From assembly GCA_048128005.1 (NCBI GenBank), contig JBEUKZ010000117.1, forward strand, positions 186,001 to 250,000: DNA of 64,000 nucleotides, in the 5' to 3' direction. Positions 25,380 to 39,389 of the stretch are shown piece after piece. The stretch's first letter is position 1. The number at the start of each line of letters is the position of its first letter. Position numbers and translations under genes: made by a program. Source of the stretch: Veleropilina oligotropha. Taxonomy: Eukaryota. A model generated the notes under the pieces. That model searched no databases, was not told where the DNA came from, and worked only from the letters and a program-made list of their open reading frames with translations.

Positions 25380-25900
25380 TTCTTATTTGCCGTCGCCTTA
25401 TCGTGGTAAGGGGTCGGCGGCCTGAATTCTCCTTCTCCATTCTTCTGTCATGTACGTCACCCTCTGTCAGATCCATCTCCTCTATACTTTACCTCAGTCC
25501 ATCGCTCACATCTCCTACGTTGACGTATTCAACTCCTCCGCCCTCTTACTGGCTCCCTCCACGCTCTAGTCACGATATCAAGACGTGTCCGTACGATCTC
25601 ATCTTACTTATATATATAACCTGCACCGCTCGTTTTGTCACCCTCGTTCTGCTCCACACCTCTTCCTTTCTGATTTTGTCTCGCAGTGTCACTTCCAAAA
25701 TGTATCAGAATACACATCTCCATCACTTCCATTCTCCTCTTCGTCAGTGCTCAGCACGCTGCCCCATACGCCATATTCGGCCCACCATTATCTTGTAAAT
25801 ATTAGTTTTCAACTTCTCACACACCCTCTTTCACACATGGTTGATCCCAAGTATTTGAAAATGTCTACCCTTTGTCCATCTGCTCTACTACAGGCTAACG
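25380..25900 (-). mobile_element. Degenerate RTE-like LINE 3' fragment inside the decayed Academ (also at about 43465-44080)
   Basis: Pyrimidine-rich + strand with GGGGTCGGCGGC near the 3' end, resembling RTE tails. Present in both duplicated copies. Confidence 0.45.
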
Positions 25901-27679
25901 TATCTGACCTTTTTGAGTTTATCTTAGTCCAAACCTACCCAGACTTGTTCGCGAACTCAGCAATCATTCTTGCAACTGGTCTTCGCTGTCTCTCAAATCC
26001 TAAGTTGCACACACTAAAAACATATACTAATACATTGCATAATATAAATTGGCTCTTGGTGTAATTTTCAGAGATAACCCTAATCTGACGAACATTTGTC
26101 TGGATTCCATAAAATAAATAGAGGTGGCCTGCCTCGAGATCAACAAACCCAAGATAACTAAACATGGAACATTTGACAGTTCAAATCTTTTGCATGTTTT
26201 GGCCATTGCTGATGTACAAAATATATTTTTAAAGTTGGGAAGTTAAAGCAAGCAATGTTCAAGTCCATGATGAAAATGACATTCATCAGGTGAAAGCGAT
26301 TCTGGCTTTCATCACAGCATCTCATTCATCTGACCTGATGCTTCATTGTGAACAGAAGAATCCTGAAAAAAAACTGTGTTTGCTATGGATAGGATAAAAT
26401 ACAAATGGCTCCGACCTTGCTATATTTCAGATATATGACTTCAGCTTTAACTACCCAGACACTTCGCCTTCAGAACAAACTACAAGCAACAGTTATTATC
26501 TCTTTGAAATACCAACCATGAAACATCAGACACACTGATGATCTGGATAGATGTGTTAGCAACAAGATGTGCTTCGCAAAATAAGCATCACACATTTTTA
26601 TTTTCCAACGGACGTCATATTGTCTGTTATGATATTTTCCCAACAAAAGCATGCATCTCTATGGTATCATTGGGTGTCTCTAATTCAGCCAATCTGGAAA
26701 GCTTAAATTAAATGTTTAAATGTGAAATTTTTCACTAATACGGCTAAAATAAAATAATCAGACTAAATATTCGCATTGTTTAAACCAGCCAAGTCATTAT
26801 TTATCAGCAAATTCCTTAGTTCAAAGCGAAAGAAACAAGCCAGAGTATGCAAATCGTAATATGCATTACATATTATACCTGCGATCTCACAGGAGGCGCC
26901 CGAACACATTACCATTTATAGCAAACCTGAAGAAACAGTTTAAACTGCATGGTCCAACGGCCCACAATACGACCTGCAGAATTTCATATCATTGTTAGTA
27001 TAGTTTTTCCTGTATCTTGTAGAATGTGAAGGTTTCAAAATGGCCACCTATCATTGAAAAATGTACCCGTACTTATCCGCTGGCGAAAATATCAATACTC
27101 AGTCAGCTATATTAAATGGCTTGGATGTTAAGAGGCCGTTTTGCCTTGGTACATAAATACATTCATGTGTTATAAATGCTGGATAATGACAAAAATGGAT
27201 TTGTATATCCGCCATTTTAAATCCAATATGGCTGCCTATCTTCGGAGAGAGGCTCGAAGTCATTATACCATGTAGGCCTACATTTATAGCAAGAAACAGT
27301 TCAAGCTGCGTGGATTCAAAAGGCCACAATGTAACCTAGTGTATTTCATATGATTGATGGTTAGTTTATGCTGTATCTTGTGGAATGGTGAAATTGGTCC
27401 ATTTTCATGCTTTCAAAATGGCCGCCAATCATTGAAAAATCTCTTGACAAATAAATAAAAAATATTCTATCATAATTATTACCCATAAACGAAGCGCTCC
27501 TTGTTTATTGTAAAACCAATCCCAGAATGCCTCAATTTCGGGTTTCCGTCCATATTTTAACAATGGTTTTGTTGATAATTCGTTATTTTCTACACACACT
27601 TTGGCCGATTATAGCTCGCACTTAGCTCCTTATTAGTTTTTAAAGTTGTAATTAGTTTTAATAATTATATGTATTTTAT

Positions 27680-27920
27680 TGTATGGTTGGCCTATATCTG
27701 GGTGCTCGATTCTAGATAGCACCTACAACATATTATATTGCCTATCCTGTGCGAGTTCGCAAATGAATCTTCATGTAACTGGTTTGCGAAAATGCCTTGC
27801 CCACAAATACAATACACCTGTGTGGTGTTTTCTCCTGGGGTGTGCTCGAAACGCCTGTCCTGTATTTCGAATGGTTCAGCACATGAACAGTTGCTCAGAC
27901 ATGCGCACAAGTGAACAATG
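27680..27920 (-). pseudogene. Minus-strand C2H2 zinc-finger remnant, paralogous to about 59960-60330
   Basis: TGTGCGAGTTCGCAAATGAATCTTCAT..AACTGGTTT.CGAAAATGCCTTGCCC is shared with 60220-60275 and reads as a CxxCGQG..F..H..H finger on the minus strand. 29150-29530 likewise matches 60310-60695. Confidence 0.6.
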
Positions 27921-28199
27921 ACCGTATTGATATAAAATATATTCAAAAGCAATATTTAGCTTTATTCCTCTTAAATAACATGTTAAAACAGACACTATGT
28001 CTTCATATATATAGCGCCCGGCAATTTACAAAAATGTTGACTAAGAAAATTCGTGTCTAATATCATTCCAAAAAGTCAAATAAGTATTGTAAATGTAATA
28101 ATTCTGCTAACTTAATAAATAACGTTTACCTAAATATGTTATTTACTGTACAAAACATTGTTGTGGAAGTTTAAGTTAATAGTCACATGGTGGATGATT

Positions 28200-29090
28200 T
28201 AAATAGATTTAAATATAATTTGTTGGGTTTAGTAAGTGCATTATTACCACTCATATTAAAACCCATTGTCGTTTCTGGTCATCTATAACCTGCCCTGTTT
28301 CTTAAAATAATCATCTATGCGGCTTTTATATTGGTTTACATATGTCGATTCTACTACATTACTACGAAGACTCGTCCATTCATCGACAACCCGATTTGAG
28401 AAAAAGTTTTTTCTAACGTCTAATCTTTTTTTGGAAACTTTGTATTTATGTCCCCTGGTAGGTATTTGGTTCATCTGAAAAAGAAAGTACTGTCAACATG
28501 GACAATTCCTGTAAACATTTTAAATACCTGAATCATATCCCCCGTGTCCTTCTCAAAGACAATATTGTGAGGTTAAGTGCTCTTAGTCTATCCTCATAAG
28601 GTAATTCTCTGAATTCGCCTATCAATTTTGTGGCTCTTCGTTGAACATGTTCAAGAATTTTGATATCCTTTGCAAGATATGGGCTCCATGCTTCCACTGC
28701 ATATTCTAAATGCGGTCTAACGATTTGCTTGTAAAAGGGTGTTATGATGACTCTGGATTTAAAATTAAAGTTTCTCTTTATCATTCCCAATATTTGATTT
28801 CCATTTTTAGCTGATTCTGTACATTGATTTGATGGTTTAAACGTCTTGTCTACCCATACACCCAAATCTTTCTCTTTTGTTACTACTTCTAGGGTACCTG
28901 AACCCATTTTATTATTGAAAGTTTTGTTGTTAAAACCCACATGCAATACCTTGCATTTACTGGTGTTAAAAAGCATTTGCCAATCCTCTGACCATTTTAC
29001 CAGATTGTTTAAATCACTTTGAAGTGTTTTTGCATCTTCTTTAGTTTCAACAATTCTGTACATTTTGGTATCGTCTGCAAACGTCATCAA
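28200..29090 (-). mobile_element. 5'-truncated CR1-clade LINE
   Basis: FADDTK, WQMLFN..KCKVLH, EKDLGV, VRPHLEYA..WSP, VQRRATK, TRGH, FFSNRVVDEW. Confidence 0.9.
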
Positions 29091-29569
29091 TGTCATTTAA
29101 ATACAGTATTGACTCTCTTCCTTCTGGGCAGCGTCTCGAGCACACCCCTGTATGGGAACGCATGTGCACTCGTCGCTCATTTATTATTTAACCGGATCAC
29201 CGCATACAATAAAAATGACGCTGACATAGTATTAGGATTTTTGAGCCATTTCGGTAGAGGTAAGATCGGTAACTAAGACCTTTCACACTATCATTAGCTA
29301 TAGTTGCGCAATACATCATTCTTTAACAAAGGACAACGATTGTTTCCCTTCGTCTATTTAACAAATTATATACACTATTGCGGCTGAAATTCACCACGTA
29401 AAAATAGAACACATCGGCTCTCAGTGATTTCGGTTAAACTCATGTTAACAAATTCGCAGCCAAGGACGATGTGTATCGTCTCACATTTTATTATTTAGAC
29501 GTCAGAGACTAGATGTCTGGTCACCTATGATGTATATCCAATATATCCATGACGTATATGTGAACAGTA

Positions 29570-30230
29570 CCCTGGGGGCGAACGTGTTAATGTCGATATT
29601 GTTCTTAACATAATCGTAAGTGGTGCAATTTAATGATGAAGGCATTACTTATGCTTAATCAGTTTGTGGAGACTGGCGATTTAACAGTGGCAAGATTTGC
29701 ACAGGAGTGTACATGTTGCAAACATTACTGAACAAAATAGTATTACTGAAGCCAAAGCGACGATTTACTGGCAAATCAATGATGAAGATAATACTTTTAG
29801 TAACTAGTAATACGAGAACACGAAAAACTTGCTTCGTTCCTGTTACATGCTCATTCAAAATTACGGTAGATAGGCAAATATTTTCCAAGTTGGGGGGGGG
29901 GGGGGTATATTTGTAAATGCATATAATGTCTGGAAGAAAAACATGTCATGTCATATCCCTCCGACAGCATGAAATTAATGATTAAATTATATTTATTAGA
30001 CATGTTTCACACCAAAAACCCCTACGGAGAGCAAATAGGATTGCAGATTGACAAGATAGACAGTCTGCCGTGAGATTGAGTTTTTTTTAATAAATCACCC
30101 ATACAAAGTGATAAAATGGGTATGGGGTGAAATTCTAGGTAGGATCGGGTTACAAACAGTACCCAAGGCATTTTTTGGCCTAAATAAATTGCTATTGGCC
30201 GTTGGTTCATTTTCAATGCATTTGTTTGTG
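29570..30230 (+). repeat. Dispersed non-coding repeat also at about 51340-51910
   Basis: Shared TTTGTGGAGACTG.CGATTTAACAGTGGCAAGAT and GAGCAAATAGGA.TGCAGATTGACAAG blocks in the same order. Confidence 0.7.
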
Positions 30231-31741
30231 TTAGTTTCCGTAGCATTATGTTGGTAATGTTGGACTATTACATAATTTTGATGCGTAATAACTTCATGTT
30301 ATAGCTGCACCAGATACGAAATTTCATACGTAAGTAACCAGTATCGTGCAATAGTGATATATTCAATTTTATCGTAAGGACTGGTCATTTATTATAGGGG
30401 GGTCATGAAAAAAGACATAGGCTTTAGGGGTGAGTCATGAAAAAAATGCACAGTGTTTGGGGGTTGAGTCATGAAAATATTACACAACATTTTGTAATAC
30501 ACAGAATGCAGAAGAGGGTGTTTCACACCTTTAATTGTCAAAATTTGTCTCTGCATCGGGCCCCAACCCCACGCGAGCAATTGATCACAGGTTGGGAAAG
30601 TTTGACTCTAGTAACCCTTTTGAAAATGACAGTGGTTTTAGGACTGGGTCATGATAAAAAGTGTGGTGTAATACTTTGGTGAAAATTATTACATGTTTGG
30701 TTTGCACTCTCACAATGCAGGAGAGGGGTTTCCAGTGGCGTAGAAGCGGGGGGGGGGGGGTAAATACCCCTAGGTTTTGTCCTAGGGGGTTTTATCCTAC
30801 GTTCTCTGGAGATGGTGCACACATAAACTATGAAGTCAGATATGTACTTTTGAGTCTGTCTAAGGGCATCAATAAAAAATGGTGGGGGGGGGGGGGGGGG
30901 TAATACCCGTTATTTTATAACAATCTTTGAGCCCGCGTATATAATTTGAGTGCAAATCTAAGGGAACTTGTAAATTTAAGGGCACTTCTAAAAATCTGAA
31001 TGTAGGATAAAACCCCCCTAGGATAAAACATCCCTGGACAAAACCCCCCCGGACAAAACCCCCATGGTTAAAATGAAACACCGGACAAAACCCCCATGTA
31101 ATATAAAATAACTAAAAACGAAAATAATTATTAATGTACACAGGAACATATTGATATTTTATAGACAATATGATAATTACATGACATATGGATCTTTATT
31201 CAAATAAAACACAAAATAAATATTTGATTTATTACTATATAGGTTTCATCAAAAGAAATATTACTATTTTCTATTATACACAATAACATATATTACATTA
31301 AACTTCTTCTTCTTCAATTATTACCTTAAACTTTATATGTTATTAATGTTAATGTATATTAAACAGCTACTTGCATATGTTAATTATCTAATACTTTATC
31401 CTCCCTACTTTACATTGATCAATCTTTATCTTCTTAGGGATTATCATCACCTAGCAAATAATTTATTATTAATTCAGGAGGATTATCATCACCTTTTCAG
31501 ACATCAAAGAACTGTAGAACTGTAGACTGACTATATACTCACCTTGTATCTGGATGACTTGTTGTTGAAAAATGGTATATATATAATCTTCTTGGGGGAT
31601 TATTACCATTATTAACACCTAAATACTTAATCTTAGATAAGAGTGCAGTAAAACAATAAAGAATATCATTTGATCCATACAGTCCCTACCTATATATTCC
31701 ACTAAATGCAAGCTAACAATATCATTCTGATGCTATCCGTC

Positions 31742-34700
31742 ATGGAGATTATTCGAAACGCAAAAGAGGGTGCCAAGTTATGTCTTGATGGCTACATGTA
31801 TACAAAGAGAAGTACCAATAAATCTAGTATTCGATGGGAGTGTTCTAGGAGATCAGCATTATCGTGTAAGTGAGCGGTTACAACAAATTTGGAGGTAAGT
31901 GTCTTTTGTAATGTAAATTATAAGAAACATGCCATTGAGAAGGTTCTTTTATCCCATCCATCGAAATGCCGAAGTTATTATGTCGTGGCGATATCCGCCC
32001 GTCCGTCTGTCCGTATAGACCACGTGAACAAGATTTAACGAAAACCGTAATGACTAGGGACTTCAAACTGGTTATGCAGGTTTATTCGGCCATAAACTAG
32101 ATAATGTCTATTGAATTTCGTATTATTCCAACTAATATTCCATAGTTATCCCTCCTTTTCGACAAACATTTCATTTCTGGTGTCGTGAACAGGTTATCAG
32201 GACAAATATTTTCACAGTCATCCCCCTTTTCCCACATAAAACTAAACTTTATTCCTTCCAACCTGACAAAACCGATGGGATTATGTGTGGCTCCCACACT
32301 TCTGAACCCACACTTCTTGTTACATTTTGAAGCCATGGTGGCCAATACCGAATCATTCGCCAATACCATTATCTATTTTAATACTCAATAATAGTTATAC
32401 TGTATATAATGCGTCAACGTACCCATAATACTGTAATGCATGTGCCAATGTGTACTTTGGATAATTGATTGCAAATCAAAATATTTATTATTATTGTTTT
32501 TATTTTCTCAATATTACTCTAGTGAATTATGTTGTATTAAATAATATTTTATTCTTTTCCTAGATCAAAGAGGTGATAAGTAATCTGGATCACAACCATG
32601 AGAGCGACGGAAACAAAGTGCAAGCAGCGAAAGTACGACACATTCTGAAAGAACAGTCATCAACGAACAGAGGACGACCAGGACAAATTGCTGCTGATGT
32701 GTTAGCCCAACAACCAATAGAAGTTCGTTCTGCCATGGGAAAGCTAGAAACGGTAAAACGGTATATTCGACGCCATAAACAAGGAACGCTACCAAAAGAA
32801 CCGACATCATTGCGCAATCTCGAAATCGTAGACGAATGGACAAGAACCGGATTCACTGATAACGAACCCTTCCTAATTCATGACAGCAGTGCATCTGCAT
32901 CGAGCGGACTAATCGTCTTTGCCACCGAACAAGGATTACGACAACTTTCACGCGCAAGAAGTTGGTATATGGATGGAACCTTTGCAACAGCTCCGAAACT
33001 CTTTCAACAATTATACATTATCCGTGTTCCTATTGGTCAATCAGCCGTTACATGTGTTTATGCTTTTATGACCGATAAATCGCAATCAATGTATGAACAA
33101 ATGCTTCGAGCGATAGTAGATAAGTGTGACGAACTTGGTTTCAATCCTGACCCAACAACAGTGATCACAGATTTTGAACAGGCTGTGATAAACGCAATAT
33201 CCACCATCATAGGACCACATGTGACACATCGAGGGTGTTTTGATCATCTAACACAAAGCACCTGGCGTAAATTACAAAGCCTAGGTCTTGTTGAACTGTA
33301 CAAAACGAACGACGAAGTGAAGCACTTCTGTGGAATGTTAGATGGACTGGCATTCCTGCCAGAAGATCAAGTTGCCCAAGGTATGGCACAGGGCTGGACA
33401 AATCTCAAAATTTTACACTAGCCCAGGGCTAGTTAGATTCCAATTTTCACTAGCCCTGCTCTATTTTATACTAGCCCGACTTTTATGACACAAAAAACGA
33501 TTCAAATGTGTATATTATACAGAACAATAGCAATATATTAAATCAACAAAAACAATATAGTGAAACAAATAGCAAAAATATTAAATACTAGTATTTAAAA
33601 TTGTTGTAGTAATATGTATCATATGGTTTTAAGTCGATTATCATTCAACAAGACAGTATTGCCATTGGAAAATAACTATTAGCGCTGCAGTGAGGTAAAT
33701 ATATTAAACCAAGACGCATGATGATGTGCATGTACTATATGATGCTATTGCATTTAATGAGATTTTGGTAATTTTAAGGAATTTCCAAGTAATTTCATCA
33801 TTTCTTTTTAATTGTTGATGTATATTTATTGTCTGTATTGTATTTAAAATATATAGCAGAAAATTACAAATTATGCCTAAATGTTAACTTTTGTTTGTGC
33901 ACACAGTCATCAAACACATTCAAAAGAATAATATATTATGTTAGAATTTTATAAATGAATTCACATTTTGTATCAGCATTGATTAGTTTGAAATAACTTG
34001 TTCAATGTTGCAATATATAAAAAATATTAGTTTATGCACGTACACTATATAATAAATTCCCAATAATTGTACTAGTATTTCTTCAAATACTAGTACCGGT
34101 ATGCCAGTAATCCTTGTTTTGATTGGCACATGACGAAGCCTCTATTAAGCCTATCTAAACAATACTGCCAATAAAACACGCATTACTTAATATAGGTCAG
34201 TTGTAATGGGACCTGCATTCACCAACCCAAGCTGGATTTAATCCCTTCATTCAGAAATTAATTATACCAGAAACAGCCCAATACAATTCTTCTGTTAAAT
34301 TAGAAGTGCTTTTGTTTATATTACAAGCGACATTTCCGCAAATGGTGCGATAATTTGAGGGACTATTTGAAATATATCAATGAATGTGAAAGTAGTTCCG
34401 AAATTAGTACACAAAAGCACCTGGAGTTTTTGCATGTCAAAACGAAAGTTACTGTCAAACATTCATCGAGTTCAACAAAGGAACACTTTTGAGTGTTGTT
34501 TCTGGACTTTTAAGTCAATGAAAGTGGATTACCAAGGAAAGGAAAGACAAGGAGCTTGATGTATGTTAATAAATTAATATTTAGCATTTGAAAGTTTATT
34601 GGTTCATGTTTACCGACGATGTTAACATTGACTTTATGTGAGATTCTGACGAGTAGGCCCTATAATAATCTGTAATTCCCGTAGTTGGTCATTACATTTG

Positions 34701-35379
34701 TGATTCATATTTCGTCAGTAATTTACTCCCGCTAAGGTATCACATCTATGATTATTACTGCAATTGCAATATATTATTTATTTTTTGCTGCAAACAAACA
34801 TACTAGTCCGCGGGCTATCTCGATATATAAATACGCTAGCCCGACTCCATAATTTGCGTTTTTTTACTAGTCCCGGGCGTCGGGCTAGTGGATCTGCTCG
34901 ATAACACCCCTCCAGGTCTAGAACCCCTCGTTGACTACTTCAATGCCACATACGTCACAGGAACATTCAGACGAATCCAACCTCCATCTACCGAACCAGC
35001 TGGTGATCTGCCGCCTATCCGAATGCGAAGGATACCCCCTTTATATCCACCGTCTCTTTGGAATGTTCACCAGGCAACAATGAACGATGAAGCACGGACA
35101 AATAATTTATGTGAAAGTTGGAATAACGGCTACCAACATTTGATTGGATACCATCATCCATCCATCTGGATCTCGATCGAAAGCATACGAAAAGACCAAG
35201 CCATGGATAGCACACTTATGCTGCAAGACTCGCGTGGTGACCCACCTCGAAAACGCGTACATCGTGCAACAAAGGACCACCAGCAACGTCTTAAGAACCT
35301 CTGTACGTCGGTCGCAGACAACACAAAGACATTGGACGAATTTTTGAAAGGTGTTGGTCACTGCATAAGATTGCATTGA
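31742..35379 (+). pseudogene. FLYWCH-MULE transposase (exon 31742-31894; exon 32564-33388 plus about 34891-35379), with an internal stop and a MITE insertion
   Basis: Exon 1 reads MEIIRNAKEGAKLCLDGYMY..WEC..C*, with a GTAAGT donor. An in-frame acceptor at 32563 gives HNH, WYMDGTF, TDFEQA, GCFDH, then RTNNLCESWNN after the insertion. Confidence 0.85.
33389..34890 (+). mobile_element. hAT-like non-autonomous element inserted in the MULE ORF, right tip lost
   Basis: Starts CAGGGCTGGACAAAT with CTAGCCC subterminal repeats at both ends. Removal nearly restores QGMA(Y)LLDNTPP. Confidence 0.7.
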
Positions 35380-35707
35380 CATTACAAATAAAAGCTATGT
35401 TATAAATAGGTCATATTAGTGATGTTATGTATATATGTTGTATAAAATGTATAATAAATTGTTGTGTATAAATTTTGTGTTCGTTTAAATACATTCATAA
35501 TGAAATTAAAATTAAAGCATGGGGGTTTTGTCCAGTATTTCATTTGGACCGGGGGGGTTATGTCCAGGGGGGTTTTGTCCAGAGGGATTTTATCCTAGGT
35601 GGGTTTTGTCCTAGGGGGGTTTTGTCCGTTTACCATCTCCAGAATTGATTTTACCGCCTATTTTAGATCAAAATCCGTTCTCGAGCAAAATCTGCTCTCG
35701 ATCAAAT

Positions 35708-36538
35708 AATGAATGAAGGGATTAAATCCAGCTTGGGTTGCTGAATGCAGGTCCCATTACAATTGACCTATATTTAGTAATGCGTGTTTTATTGGCAGTA
35801 TTGTTTAGATAGGCTTAATAGAGTCTTCGTCGTGTGCCAATCAAAACAAGGATTACTGGCATACTAGTATTTGAAGAAATACTAGTACAATTTTTTTATA
35901 TATTGCAACATTGAACAAGTTATATTGCAACATTGAACAAGTTATTTCAAACTAATCAATGCTGATATAAAATGTGAATTCATTTATAAAATTCTAACAT
36001 AGTATATTATTCTTTTGAATGTGTTTGATGACTGTGTGCACAAACAAATGTTAACATTTGCGCATAATTTGTAATTTTCTGCTATATATTTTAAATACAA
36101 TACAGACAATAAATATAAATCAACAATTAAAAAGAAATGATGAAATTACTTAAAATTACAAAAATCTCATGAAATGCAATAGCATCATATAGTACATGCA
36201 CATCATCATGCGTCTTGGTTTAATATATTTACCTCACTGCAGCGCTAATAGTTATTTTCCAATGGCAATACTGTCTTGTTGAATGATAATCGACTTAAAA
36301 CCATATGATACGTATTACTACAATGATTTTAAATACTAGTATTTAATATTTTTGATATTTGTTTAACTATATTGTTTTTGTTGATTTAATATATTGCTAT
36401 TGTTCTGTATAATATACACATTTGAATCGTTTTTTGTGTCATAAAAGTCGGGCTAGTATAAAATCGAGCAGGGCTAGTGAAAATTGGAATCTAACTAGCC
36501 CTGGGCTAGTGAAAAATTTTGAGATTTGTCCAGCCCTG
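35708..36538 (-). mobile_element. Second, partial, inverted copy of the same hAT-like element
   Basis: Reverse complement of about 33389-34253, ending ATTTGTCCAGCCCTG. Confidence 0.8.
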
Positions 36539-37094
36539 TTATGCCCACTTTATGCAATTGTGTGCGATTTGTATACAATCACCCCCCAATATATTACTGA
36601 TGCTCATAGACAGAAGGCTTAAAGTATATATCTGAGTTCATAGCTTTTATCACACGTACAATATCCTTGAGATATCTGCATCTACCGACAGTCACCATTA
36701 TATAGAGTATAATTATTATACAGCTGACTGAGCATGCGGCTATTAGATGCCTTCACCTTTTATGAAGTGATGAAATGATTCGTAAATATTGTTAAGAAAT
36801 ATCACATTTACATCATCAGAATACAGGAGAGGGTGTTTCGCACGGTTATTTGCCAAACAATTATTCCCCTGGGGAACAAGGTCCACGAAGCGGGCCATTG
36901 ATAGTATAATTCGACCCGGTAACGCCCTTCAAAGTCCTGTTGACCATCATGTCCCCCTCAATGTTGAAGTTCCTGGTCATATATACAGCTGCATATTATA
37001 TTTCAAAAACGTCTTTGGGCTGTATTTCAAATTGAAAACTTTTACAGAGTGGTGAAAATTATTCAAAGATGTTGGTAAGAACCATGCCCGACTA

Positions 37095-37395
37095 AGATGT
37101 TTACAATGACATCTAATCGATTTGACAATAACACACAAGAAGATATAACCAAGAAGAAGGAAATAATTATTCCGAAGAATACAAAGAAATCCAACACATG
37201 TGAAGCAGTTTGATTTAGGGAATATCTACAGGAAAATAAATTACATACGGATTGCGAAAAGTTCGATAAAGTACGTAAGGCTACCGGATATACTGGAAAA
37301 CTATTACGTCGATTTAAGGACAAATTAAGGGGGCTATATAAGACGACAACAATAGAGGGGATAAGGCATGGAATTAATAGATATTAAAAGTTTAA
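37095..37395 (+). pseudogene. Crypton/DUF3504-like tyrosine recombinase N-terminal remnant
   Basis: Reads SNRFDNNTQEDITKKKEIIIPKNTKKSNTCEAV*FREYL then GIRHGINRY, resembling the RF..NTKK..W/AV..F and IR.GL.RY motifs of Crypton proteins. Confidence 0.45.
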
Positions 37396-39389
37396 TTATT
37401 GTTAAACAGTGTTTATTTATTCCCAAATGCAAGTGCGTGAACAACGTGACATTCCCAAAAGCAAGTGTGTAAACAACGTGACGTCACATGTTTGCAATAT
37501 GTCGGGACGGAAAATATAGACGGGTCGGTTCATATTAAATACTGCCAATATTCAGACCATTTATTTAATTTGAAAGTAAGATAAAATCGTTGTCTTCCGA
37601 TCACTCGGTGACATCGTGATTGTATTCCTTAATGAAGTTGTACCCATCAGCGCTACGCGTGATCGGAAAACAACTTATAATATGAACATGTATTATGGCA
37701 TAGGAAAGAGCAACCAGTCGTAGAATATTGTTTTCATGTCTATATTTCTCTATATTCGTATCGATATGACTCACGTCCATTATTACGTTGCAGTTCGCCG
37801 GATTGGGGCGATTACAGATACAGGTAACTTTGACATTTTGCAAAATTTCGTCCAAAGCGTTTTGTCATGTATCGTCGTTTAAATGTCGATTAACTTTCAA
37901 TCCTGCGTCGATAAAGTTCATCGGGTCAGAAAGATGTCCTGTATCGCAAAACGAACCCAGGAGTAGCAGTGCGCGTGCCCTGGATAATCTATCGCACTGA
38001 ACGGTCAATGACAATAGCTGCGTCAAAATGCCTTGATGGTATTTAACGAACGAAGCGTAAAGTAATTGGGAAACTATCACTTTATCGCATTAATTCAATT
38101 ACGTTATGTTTTTATACACCGTATATAATGGACATAAGCTTCAAACTTTAAAAATAAAATAAAAAATGGGGGCTAAGATTGCATTCTTGTCTGTTGATTT
38201 AGTAAAATATTTAGTTTCGCCGCGGTCCCGTGATGTTGACGATTTATAATTTATTACTGCATAATAGCAGAATATTACAATTACATCTATCTCCATTTAA
38301 CACTGTATTATTATTTATAAATTAAATCATTCATATATATTACATCAGATTTTGACTGAAACACTTAAATTCACACAATTACCATCGACTTTGGTCATGT
38401 CCCCAGTGATTGACTGTACTTGGGCTGATTTTGGTGCGTTCGAATTTGAACTTTTGTTTGTATTTTAGCCACATTTTAAACGTATAATTACGTTTTAGTC
38501 CCGCAATGATTGATTGACGGCTAGAGCGCTGGCTCATATTTGTTTCACATGGTCACTGATTCAATCCCCGTTATCTACGAAATGAAACGAGTAGGTGATT
38601 AATCCACAATACCCCATTTTTAGTTTTATTTCGATTGCAAATTACGTCAATAAACGGAATCAGCATCTTAAAGGATTGCTTTTATATTTTATTTTGTATG
38701 TGGCTTCACTGAGTTGTATGCCTGAGTCGTATCCGTGATCTGTTCGCGACACAATTAATGATTTGTAGATCATTGTTTGTCTTTGTCATCGTATCGCAGT
38801 GAAAATGTATTAGGAAATTACTATATGTATTAATATATTGCGTGTATATTTCCAGGTAGCTTGGTAAAGGCATTCCACGCTGGCGACTGAAGCTGTTATC
38901 TCCTTTTGTCATTCGTTGATCCTCGAAAAATGTTCAACTAGTTGAACACAACACTGATCGACTGTCAGTGATCGCGCAGAGCTACCCGCAGCGTCCAACC
39001 AGCACGTGACCAATAAAATAAGTTTCATTGAATAAGACGTGGAAATATGCGAATAGTTGGAATCGCATATAACAGTGTGAGAGTTTGCGATGTGCGACCT
39101 TTCTCTATCTAATTTTGAGTGTTGTGTCCTGTATAAAAAGAAGGGAAAACTGGCTCATGTATTTGAAATAATATTTTGAATCAATGTGATCTTAAATATT
39201 TATTTGGGAGCCAGGTATGTAGTTTACAGTACCCAAGGAATATTATATGCAATATCGTAACATAAATTCCAGGAGGTGAATATGAGATACTAGTATGATG
39301 TGATTCGAAGATAACGGGTACCAATGCTGAATTAACCGTCATGTGACGATACTTTAGGGATTTGAGTTCCATAAACTTCCAAATGGTAA

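Larger units (their letters stand above)
1321..27440 (+). repeat. Segmental duplication copy A (expanded by later TE insertions) of block 38045-46120
   Basis: 1321-3235 aligns with 38045-39700, 9949-12167 with about 39790-42580, and 24533-27440 with 42577-46120. Shared ORF-track peptides (MELKSLKYRHMT, MFILSREESPVSRKF, MMKTxHSIICQNNV). Confidence 0.9.
12163..27440 (+). mobile_element. Decayed, 3'-truncated Academ (copy A of the element at 42576-46439), split near its tip by a nested insertion
   Basis: ATA|TAGTC at 12160-12167 continues at 24533 as AGTCCAGTGTGTTATGTACTTTCG, matching TAGTCCGGTGTGTTATATACTTTCG at 42576. Homology ends at about 27440. Confidence 0.8.
30998..35634 (+). mobile_element. 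Mutator-like (MULE) DNA transposon with FLYWCH domain
   Basis: TIRs built of GGA(C/T)AAAACCCCC units (30998-31100 / 35519-35634) enclosing a FLYWCH-MULE transposase gene. Confidence 0.85.
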
